Below are positions 56,953 to 64,000 of a DNA stretch of 64,000 nucleotides, piece after piece. The stretch is from a virus. The translations under genes were made by a program, and so were the position numbers. How positions within the stretch are numbered: position 1 is the first letter of the stretch; the number at the start of each line of letters is the position of its first letter. The DNA is taken from positions 1-64,000 of the IMG/VR virus record IMGVR_UViG_3300047440_000809. One strand, given 5' to 3'. The notes beneath the pieces are model-generated. The model was not told the origin of the DNA. It did not search any database and saw only the letters and a program-made list of their open reading frames with translations.

Positions 56953-58334
56953 TGAAGATCGTCGTCCTCGACTCCACCTCGATCCCTGGCGTCACACACG
57001 GCCCCGGGATGCCCGCCTACTTCAGCCGCCCTGCTATCGACTACCTCACGCAGCAACTCAAACACGAGGTCGTCATCGCCGACAGCTTCGACCCAGCGCT
57101 GTGCGCAGCCGCCGACGTGGTCTGGGCCGAGTGGATAACCGAGCCGGCGTACCAGGCGGCGGCCTCGGGTGTGTGCAAGCGGCTCGTGCTCCGCTGCAAG
57201 GGGTTCGACGCGCACGGCCCCCTCGACCAGCTCCGGTGGAACAACGTAGACGCGCTCGTGTACGAGAGCCCGCACGTGCGCCGGTTGGCCGAGGTGCGCT
57301 TCCCTGCGCTCGCCGACTTCAAGCCGGTGTTTGTCTTCCCGAGCGGCCTCGACCTCACGGCCATCCCGTTCAAGGAGCGCCAAGCGGGACCGGTCATCGC
57401 GTTCGTCGGACGCGCGGTGGCGGACAAGGGCTACCAGCTCGCGTACGAGTGGGCGCGCGAAAAGCCGCTGTTTCAGTTCCACATGACGTGCTCACTCGCC
57501 GAAGCGAACCCGCGCTTCATGGGCTACCTCGAACACGCGCGCCCACCGAACGTGACCTTGCACGGCACCGTGGACGATCCGGTGAAGTGGCTCCAGCAGA
57601 TTGACGCAAACTACTTCCTGTCGGCGTCCATCCAGGAGGCGCCGGGGTATGCGATTGCCGAGGCGATGGCGCTCGGGATCAAGCCGCTCATCCACGATGG
57701 CCCTGGGATCTCCGACCACTGGCCGCTCTACCTCACATGGCGGAGCTTCGACGATCTGAATCGGATGATGGCGCTACCCCACGACTCGGCGCTCTATCGG
57801 CAGATCGTCGATAACCAGTTCGACGCCTTCCAGCGCTCGAAGGAATTCGCGTCGGTGCTGCTCGATGCTCCTGCTCGCGACACCACCGCGGCCGTGAAGG
57901 TGGCGACGCAGCAGGCAGAGACCGTTACCACAGCGACAATCGAGCACGTGTTCGGCGCGATCCGCCGTGCGGTCGACAATCCCAACTATCCCATGGACGT
58001 GCTCGACGCCGGCGTCACCAGCTTCCGTGCACAGACCGAGTTGCACGGCGAATACGCGGAGCTGCGCTACGGCGCGGCACTCGGTGCGGCCATCGCGTTC
58101 TACAACCACAGCGATCTCGCCCGCGCTGAAGTGTGGGCGTGCCGTGCCCTCCTCGACTTCGCGCGGCCGGACGTGCTCGTCCTACTCGGGGAGATCGCGC
58201 TCGGCCGCGGAGATCGCCAGGGCGCCACCCAGTGGTTCAAGGCTGCGTGCGCAGTGGACGACGTGCCACATCCACATCGGAACGTGGGGCTGACCGAGCG
58301 CCGGCGGGAACGTCTGAAGGAAGCGCTGCGGTGA
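56952..58334 (+). CDS. GT4-like glycosyltransferase with TPR-like C-terminus
   Basis: ADVVWAEW, FVGR..DKG, SIQEAPGYAIAEAMALG. Confidence 0.8.
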   Translation: MKIVVLDSTSIPGVTHGPGMPAYFSRPAIDYLTQQLKHEVVIADSFDPALCAAADVVWAEWITEPAYQAAASGVCKRLVLRCKGFDAHGPLDQLRWNNVDALVYESPHVRRLAEVRFPALADFKPVFVFPSGLDLTAIPFKERQAGPVIAFVGRAVADKGYQLAYEWAREKPLFQFHMTCSLAEANPRFMGYLEHARPPNVTLHGTVDDPVKWLQQIDANYFLSASIQEAPGYAIAEAMALGIKPLIHDGPGISDHWPLYLTWRSFDDLNRMMALPHDSALYRQIVDNQFDAFQRSKEFASVLLDAPARDTTAAVKVATQQAETVTTATIEHVFGAIRRAVDNPNYPMDVLDAGVTSFRAQTELHGEYAELRYGAALGAAIAFYNHSDLARAEVWACRALLDFARPDVLVLLGEIALGRGDRQGATQWFKAACAVDDVPHPHRNVGLTERRRERLKEALR

Positions 58335-58990
58335 ACCCCGCCATCCCCAAGGTCTTCCACCAGATCTGGATCGGGCCCAACCCGCTCCCCGACGAGTTCA
58401 GGCGCTACGCGCGCACGTGGCTCGAAAGCCATCCAGGCTGGGAGCTGGAGCTGCACACCGAAGCCACACTCAAGACGCGCTACCGACACATCATCTCGCA
58501 GTGTCGCGAGTACCGGCACGCCGCCAACATCTTCCGCTACGAGCTGATGCTCGAAACCGGCGGTGTCTATATCGACACGGACTTAGAGTGCCTGCGGAAC
58601 ATCGAAGAGCTGCTCGACGCCGACTTCGTGACGGCCGCTCAGCGAGACATCCTGTTCGGCCCTGATGCCATCAACAATGCCTTCTTCGCGTGCATCCCAC
58701 GGCATCCCGTCCTGCAACGGCTAGTCGCGGCGATTCCGGTGACCTACGAAGAGAACCTGCACGCGGGTGCCTTCGGAAAATCCCACTTCGGCCCGGCGCT
58801 ATTCACGCAGCATGTGATGCTCGGGTACGCGCGCAGCGTGGAAGACGTAATCATCCTCGACCGCAAGCTCTTCTACCCGTACGGCCCGCACGAGCTTGCT
58901 CGGCGCGACGAAGCCTTCCCCTATGCCTATGCCGTGCACCACTGGGCGTCGTCGAAGGGTCTCACCGGTAAGGGCATCCTCTCGCTGTGA
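58331..58990 (+). CDS. GT32 (DXD) glycosyltransferase
   Basis: IPKVFHQIW, GGVYIDTD, NNAFF, GP, YAVHHW. Confidence 0.88.
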   Translation: MNPAIPKVFHQIWIGPNPLPDEFRRYARTWLESHPGWELELHTEATLKTRYRHIISQCREYRHAANIFRYELMLETGGVYIDTDLECLRNIEELLDADFVTAAQRDILFGPDAINNAFFACIPRHPVLQRLVAAIPVTYEENLHAGAFGKSHFGPALFTQHVMLGYARSVEDVIILDRKLFYPYGPHELARRDEAFPYAYAVHHWASSKGLTGKGILSL

Positions 58991-59985
58991 CCCTGCGCGT
59001 CCTCTACGTGTCAGCCTATCCCCTCCCCTATTCGGAGTCGTACACGCACACCGAGATTCGTTGGATGCAGGCGCAAGGAGTCGACGTGCGACTGTGGGCG
59101 AAGAGCAGGGCCAACGCCCCCGGGTATCCACTCGCCGCGCACGAGACAATCGGCGGTTCGGTCAGCACCGTCATCAACGAGTTCAAGCCCCACGTGATCC
59201 ACAGCCATCGCGTGGACTCGGCGCTTGCTGTCTGGCCCACCGCCGACATGCGCGGCATCCCGCTGACGATCCGCGGGCACAGCGTGGACTTCGCCGAGCG
59301 TGACTACCGAAAGCTCACCGGTGCGGCGCGCATCTGGCTCTTCCCCCACATGGCGGTGCTCTTCCCCGACCAGCCAAACGTCGAGGCGATGCCCGTGGCC
59401 TACGACTCCACCTTGTTCTACCCCGAAGAGCCGGACCCGCGGCGCTACGTGGTGCGCGCTGGGTTCTGCAACACGAACAAGGACGTCTCGGGGTTCATGG
59501 CTGTCGCGCAGCTGTGCCCGACGTTAGCGTTCGAGCTGATCGTGACCGGTCCATACCGCGAGTTCATCGAGGAGGTCGAGGCAGCGGCACCACCGAACGT
59601 GCGCATGCACAAGACCAAGACGAACGAGGAGGCGGCCGCGATCGTGCGCAAGGCGTGGGTCTGCCTCCGGAGCCACGACACGGGCGCGCACGCCTACGGG
59701 ATGCCCGTGTCGATCGCCGAGGCGATGGGCGCCGGACTGCCAGTCGTCGTGCGAGCGCGAGATCCCTACGGTACGGCGCGCTTCGGTCCGGAGGACTACG
59801 TGGGAACCGCGGGATGCCTCTACCAGACCCACGTCGAGGGGGCAAGGTTCGTACACGAGGCGGTCGGGTGGGCGCGTGCCCGGTGGGAAAAGGTCCGGAC
59901 GGAGACGGTCATGCAGGCCGCCCGGTACCGCGCAGACGTCGTGCTCCCCCGCATGCTCGATACCTGGCTCGACCTCGCAACTTGA
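58987..59985 (+). CDS. GT4-like glycosyltransferase
   Basis: YP..SESY..TEI, GMPVSIAEAMGAGLPVV. Confidence 0.8.
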   Translation: MTLRVLYVSAYPLPYSESYTHTEIRWMQAQGVDVRLWAKSRANAPGYPLAAHETIGGSVSTVINEFKPHVIHSHRVDSALAVWPTADMRGIPLTIRGHSVDFAERDYRKLTGAARIWLFPHMAVLFPDQPNVEAMPVAYDSTLFYPEEPDPRRYVVRAGFCNTNKDVSGFMAVAQLCPTLAFELIVTGPYREFIEEVEAAAPPNVRMHKTKTNEEAAAIVRKAWVCLRSHDTGAHAYGMPVSIAEAMGAGLPVVVRARDPYGTARFGPEDYVGTAGCLYQTHVEGARFVHEAVGWARARWEKVRTETVMQAARYRADVVLPRMLDTWLDLAT

Positions 59986-60017
59986 CGGACGGTCGCCCTT
60001 CGGTTTCAATCGATCTC

Positions 60018-60102
60018 ACATAGGGGGGAGCAATCCCCTCGCCGCGACCTGAGTAACAGGCGCCTATCGCTGGGGATGGTCCCCGGTGACGGGCGCCTTT
60101 TT
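60018..60102 (+). ncRNA. Conserved structured leader RNA plus intrinsic terminator, copy B
   Basis: Promoter TTGACG-N17-TTCAAT (59982-60010); ACATAG, hairpin, GCGA-CCTG-AGTAA-CAGG-CGC, terminator TTTTT. Confidence 0.7.
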
Positions 60103-60176
60103 GTTTTGGTCGTGGTCTCTGCTGCGATCGGGTCGCGGCCGAGCACGGGGGGCCCGCTCCCGAGGAGAACACACCA

Positions 60177-60674
60177 ATGGGAACCGCACAGAATTTCGGT
60201 CAGACGCACAAGAAGCTCTACTTCGACGTGACCTGGGGAACGACGGTGGGCGCGCAGGCGTTCGCCTGTACGGCATTCCGCACCGGCCTGACAGGCGACC
60301 GCTTCGGCGCGCTCATGAAGGCGATGCAGGCGTGCACGGGGGGCACACCGCAGTCGGTCATGGCGGAGAGCGAGTGCTCGGCCTGGTTCCAGTGTCTCCG
60401 CACCGCCACGGTCTCGGGCGGTGTCCACATCGGGTTCAACGTCTACTTCGCGGCTCCCACGGTCGGGAAGATCACCACCGGGCAGCTCCCGGCGACGGGA
60501 CACTTCGCGGCGCTGCCGGCGGATCTCGTCGGGATGGTCGCGGGCCAGAGCGCCGTGTTCGGGACGGTGGGGACCGCGCGGAACTTCTCGGTCGTCGTCG
60601 CGAAGCAGCAGGCGACGACCGCGGCCGTCTCGGGCGTGCTCTACGTCCAGCGGCAGCACTCGATCGAGGTCTGA
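60177..60674 (+). CDS. Beta-rich protein, probably structural
   Basis: 165 aa, Thr/Gly/Ala-rich beta pattern, GAGGAG RBS. Confidence 0.65.
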   Translation: MGTAQNFGQTHKKLYFDVTWGTTVGAQAFACTAFRTGLTGDRFGALMKAMQACTGGTPQSVMAESECSAWFQCLRTATVSGGVHIGFNVYFAAPTVGKITTGQLPATGHFAALPADLVGMVAGQSAVFGTVGTARNFSVVVAKQQATTAAVSGVLYVQRQHSIEV

Positions 60675-60705
60675 TCCAGCATAAAGCTGGTAGACTCCGG
60701 GGCGG

Positions 60706-62031
60706 ATGACACATCCGATTCTCGAAGTCGTCGACCTCGACAAGCTCCGTCCGTTAGACCTTCCAGCGCCGATCCGCCTCGTCTTTCTGTCCCCAAAGCG
60801 AGGCGGACCGGCGCTGAGTGCTATCCGCGAGGCCCTCTCCAAGAAGGGACAACTGCGGTTCTCCGCGACGGCAACGCGGACATTCGTCGATGTCACGTCC
60901 GAAGAGCCAGAAGCGCCGCTGATCGCCCTGGACACGATCGTGCGCGACGACGCCGCGGGCTTGGAGCGCATGCTGTTCAGCGTGATCCCGCACGTCGACG
61001 AGATCGTGCTTGGCGTGGATGGCCGCAGCGACAAGGAGACGCTGAAGGTCGCCCAGCAGTATGCGGACTGCGTGTACGTGTTCGAGGCCATCGACATCGG
61101 CATGAGGCCCGAAGACTGGGCGCCGACCGCCGCGAACCCCCGGGGGAAGATCGACTTCGCCGCTGCACGGAACATCGGGCGGAGCCGCGTGCAAGCCCCG
61201 TGGGCGCTCGTGCTCGATAGCGACGAGTACCTGATCGCCGAGGACTTCCGGGACGCCGTCAAGAACGCCAGGCCATCGCAGGGGGCGTTCTTCATCAACG
61301 TGGTCATGGCGGACACCGGCGTTCGGCAGTTCGTGAGCCGTGACCACCAGAGGCTCGCGCGGACGGGCTACGTGTGGTCGGGCGCGAAGGACAATCAGCT
61401 AGACTGCAAGGGCAGCGAATCACCCGCAGCGCTTCCGGTAGAGATCCTGCACGACACACGGCTCCGCGCCGACCAGGACCAACGAGACGCGCAGCGCGAG
61501 GCGGCCACGGAGGACTTGGTTGCGCGGGCCGAGCGTGGCGACCTCAACGCGCTCTTTCACCTTGCGAAGCACCGCATCGGCGGCTCGACGGCCATCGAAG
61601 AGGCCGTGCGTCTGACGGAGGATTTTCGGCTGCGTGTGGAGCCGAACTCGCCAATCGCGTTTCAGCGCCAGTGGGTCGCGCTCGGCCTCGCCTTCCGGTT
61701 CTACAACGAGGACAACCACCACGAGGCGAATCGCTGGGCGTGCCGCGTTCTGCTTGATGGTCCGTCGATCGCCGCCTTCTGCCTTCTCGGCGACGTGGCC
61801 GAATGCGAAGGGGACCTCGAACGAGCGTGCAACTGGTACGAGGCGGCGTGCGCCGTGATCGACACGCGCGGCATCACGTGGCCTGGCTTCTCAGAGCTGC
61901 GGTGGGGTCGCCTGGTCGCTCTTCGGTTCGTCCTTGCCGAGGGCAAGAAGCTCGCGCTCAACGCCGCGGGGCCGGACAGTCCTCACGGCGCTTCAACATC
62001 CACAGGCCCGACAGCAGAAACTTCAGGCTGA
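60706..62031 (+). CDS. GT2 glycosyltransferase with TPR-like C-terminus (protein O-glycosyltransferase type)
   Basis: IVRDDA..LERML, VDGRSD, DFAAARN, LVLDSDE. Confidence 0.8.
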   Translation: MTHPILEVVDLDKLRPLDLPAPIRLVFLSPKRGGPALSAIREALSKKGQLRFSATATRTFVDVTSEEPEAPLIALDTIVRDDAAGLERMLFSVIPHVDEIVLGVDGRSDKETLKVAQQYADCVYVFEAIDIGMRPEDWAPTAANPRGKIDFAAARNIGRSRVQAPWALVLDSDEYLIAEDFRDAVKNARPSQGAFFINVVMADTGVRQFVSRDHQRLARTGYVWSGAKDNQLDCKGSESPAALPVEILHDTRLRADQDQRDAQREAATEDLVARAERGDLNALFHLAKHRIGGSTAIEEAVRLTEDFRLRVEPNSPIAFQRQWVALGLAFRFYNEDNHHEANRWACRVLLDGPSIAAFCLLGDVAECEGDLERACNWYEAACAVIDTRGITWPGFSELRWGRLVALRFVLAEGKKLALNAAGPDSPHGASTSTGPTAETSG

Positions 62032-62191
62032 GCAGGAAGCCGCCCAGCCAGATCGTGTCGACACCGATCACCGCTGCCGCATCGTCGATAGGCGCGTCGT
62101 AGATGTCTACGAAGTCGCTTGCGTAGCCCTTTACGCGTTCCCAGTTCGATGGTGCCGGCGCGGGGGGCGCCACAGGCGTCTGGCCGATCAT
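61958..62191 (-). CDS. Small membrane protein
   Basis: C-terminal TM followed by KRR. Confidence 0.55.
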   Translation of the reverse strand: MIGQTPVAPPAPAPSNWERVKGYASDFVDIYDAPIDDAAAVIGVDTIWLGGFLLSLKFLLSGLWMLKRREDCPAPRR

Positions 62192-62946
62192 GCGGCCTTT
62201 TTCTTGTCGCCACCCTTGAGCATCACGACGAGCACGAGACCGAGCGCGACGGCGCCACCGATCATCAGGTACGACTGCTTCACGCGGCCCACGCCGGGGA
62301 GCTTGACGGACTTGCCACCGCCGCGGACCTTGTCAGCCACGTTCTGGACGGCATCGGCGGCCGCGTCCTGTGCCGGTTGCAGGTCGGTCACACCGGGTGG
62401 CGGTCCTTGATCGGCGGCAGCGGCCTGCGCGTCAGCGCCAGGGTCCGCGGGGGCCTCGCCGGACTTGCTGAACCGGGAGAGCAGGTTCTGCATCACCGCC
62501 ATGAAAACGGGGATGGCTGCTGCCACGACCGCCGGGGCGATGCCGAGCTGCACGTTCTCGTAGTAGCCGAGCATCGCCGCGTCCGAGCCGGCGAAGAGTG
62601 CCAAGATCGGCCCGTGCGGGAGCTGATGGTTGAGCGTGTGCTTCGTCCAGGACTTCGCCTCGGCAAGCTCCTGGGCGTTGGGCGTCTTCGACTTGCGCTT
62701 GTCCCACGCGAGCTTCACCGCGCGGCGGTGTTCGAGCCTGAGCACGAGACCTTTAATCGGTCGTGCTGCCTGGTGCGCTAGCCACTGCGTGGGCTTGATG
62801 AGCGTCCACTCGACAGGGAAGTAGGCCGCCTTCCCGACGACCTTCGCGCCCTTCTTGATGCCGTGGCCGGTGGCCTGTACGCCGCTCTTGATCCCTCGCC
62901 CGACAGACCGGATCGAGAACCCGAGCGGCGAGTTCGAGACGATCAC
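62188..62946 (-). CDS. Putative virion membrane protein with N-terminal amphipathic helix
   Basis: MIVSNSPLGFSIRSVGRGIKSG...; C-terminal TM then KKK. Confidence 0.7.
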   Translation of the reverse strand: MIVSNSPLGFSIRSVGRGIKSGVQATGHGIKKGAKVVGKAAYFPVEWTLIKPTQWLAHQAARPIKGLVLRLEHRRAVKLAWDKRKSKTPNAQELAEAKSWTKHTLNHQLPHGPILALFAGSDAAMLGYYENVQLGIAPAVVAAAIPVFMAVMQNLLSRFSKSGEAPADPGADAQAAAADQGPPPGVTDLQPAQDAAADAVQNVADKVRGGGKSVKLPGVGRVKQSYLMIGGAVALGLVLVVMLKGGDKKKAA

Positions 62947-62949
62947 CGG

Positions 62950-63030
62950 TTACCGCAGCTTGAAGCCGATGAAGATGCTCGCGCCCGCGAGGAGCGCGCC
63001 GAACAGAATCTTGCCGTAGTCGCCTTGCAT
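62950..63030 (-). CDS. 26-aa membrane peptide
   Basis: MQGDYGKILFGALLAGASIFIGFKLR*. Confidence 0.5.
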   Translation of the reverse strand: MQGDYGKILFGALLAGASIFIGFKLR

Positions 63031-63044
63031 GGGTCGGAACCTTT

Positions 63045-63644
63045 CTAGTCGCCCGAGGACGACTTCTTCTTTTTCTTGTGCAGGAGGACGTACCCGCCGA
63101 TCCCGGCCGCCGCGACGATGCCGCCGATCAGCAGCCAGTGCTGCTTCTTCGGGCCCGGGACTTCCTGCCCCTCGGAGGCCGCCGACGCGTCCTGCGTGGG
63201 GCCGAGGTCGGCCGCGGGCGAGCCGGGCGCCACGGACGCCTGGGGGATCTGCGAGGGCATCGGGTTCAGGATTGCCTGTTGCTGCGTCAGCTGCGCTTGC
63301 GCCTGCGCGGCCTGCGCTGCCGCTGCCGCCTGCTGCGACGCCATGAGCTGTTGCTGAAGCATCTGGAGACGCGCCGCCGCCCGAGCGTCGTGTCCTGCGC
63401 GCCGCTGGAGGTCGAAGCGCTCGCGATCGTAGGCGCGCTGTGCGTCCCGCGCGCGGTTGATCGCGGCGAAGTCGATGACCGGACGGTAGATGGTGCGGAC
63501 CGGGCCGGGCGTGTAGACCGTCCGCGGCTGCGCGTAGACCGGACGGGGAGGTGCGAAGGCGGGGCGCATGGGAATTGGTGCGCGATAGGCCGGGGGGCGA
63601 TACGCCGAGCGCCAGGGTTGTGGTTGCGGGGTGGCTCCAATCAT
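63045..63644 (-). CDS. Putative virion membrane protein
   Basis: P/Q-rich; C-terminal TM then HKKKKK. Confidence 0.7.
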   Translation of the reverse strand: MIGATPQPQPWRSAYRPPAYRAPIPMRPAFAPPRPVYAQPRTVYTPGPVRTIYRPVIDFAAINRARDAQRAYDRERFDLQRRAGHDARAAARLQMLQQQLMASQQAAAAAQAAQAQAQLTQQQAILNPMPSQIPQASVAPGSPAADLGPTQDASAASEGQEVPGPKKQHWLLIGGIVAAAGIGGYVLLHKKKKKSSSGD

Positions 63645-63655
63645 CGGAAGGTCTC

Positions 63656-64000
63656 CTACTTTTTGAGCATGAAGAGGACGACGAGCGCCGCGCCGCCGAT
63701 CAGCGCGAGGGGAAGCAGGTTGCCCTTCTTGACGGGGGCCATCGTCGCGGTGCCGTCGTCGTTCGCGACCTCATCACCCGTGGCGGGCGGTCCGGGCGGC
63801 ATCTGGCCCGGCTGAGGCTGCGTGAACTGCTGGGCGTAATTGGCGTACGAGCCTGCACGGCCGCCGTATGCCTGACCAGCGGCAATCGCAGCCTGCTGCA
63901 CCCTCGGATTCTGGATCGCCTTCGCGATGGCCCGGGTGCCGACGACGTGGGCGTGCACGATCGCGCGGAACGGGTTGAAGCCGAGCGACGAATTGACGAT
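63656..64000 (-). CDS. Putative virion membrane protein (5' partial)
   Basis: Frame open to window end: IVNSSLGFNPF...; C-terminal LLPLALIGGAALVVLFMLKK. Confidence 0.7.
   Translation of the reverse strand: MVNSSLGFNPFRAIVHAHVVGTRAIAKAIQNPRVQQAAIAAGQAYGGRAGSYANYAQQFTQPQPGQMPPGPPATGDEVANDDGTATMAPVKKGNLLPLALIGGAALVVLFMLKK

Noticed and set aside
1-64000. tRNA, rRNA, integrase, terminase, portal, capsid genes
   Set aside because: None recognised by eye; absence is not proven without covariance-model and HMM searches

Overview
High-GC (roughly two-thirds, by eye) segment of a bacterial virus genome, with compact operons joined by overlapping RTGA/TGATG stop-start junctions. 1-16 kb: replication and recombination block (dTMP kinase, HNH endonuclease, RepB-type primase, RecD/Dda helicase, UDG-fused family A polymerase, 3'-5' exonuclease, SSB, Sak4-like ATPase, PD-(D/E)XK nuclease, SNF2 helicase, DUF3987, DnaA C-terminal HTH). 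17-27 kb: glycosyl/methyltransferase and a 2191-aa collagen-like fibre. 27-49 kb: small accessory ORFs, with an AT-rich inverted repeat at the strand switch (33.2 kb) and about 15 paralogous small proteins sharing a C-terminal EGxxWARGWxGxxxDALRAxxAL motif. 49-55 kb: MoxR AAA/VWA module under sigma54-like promoters. 55-62 kb: sugar dehydrogenase and four more glycosyltransferases. 62-64 kb: C-terminally membrane-anchored, probably virion proteins. Several ORFs point to a Myxococcota host. No terminase, portal, tail or capsid gene is recognisable; the structural-type genes present resemble those of a tailless, membrane-containing virus (inference). The two most novel signals are (1) a conserved, covarying two-hairpin leader RNA overlapping an intrinsic terminator, found twice upstream of probable structural genes (20144 and 60018), and (2) the WARGW cassette array, whose dispersed copies carry direct-repeat insertion scars. 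All family assignments come from motif recognition by eye, not database searches.
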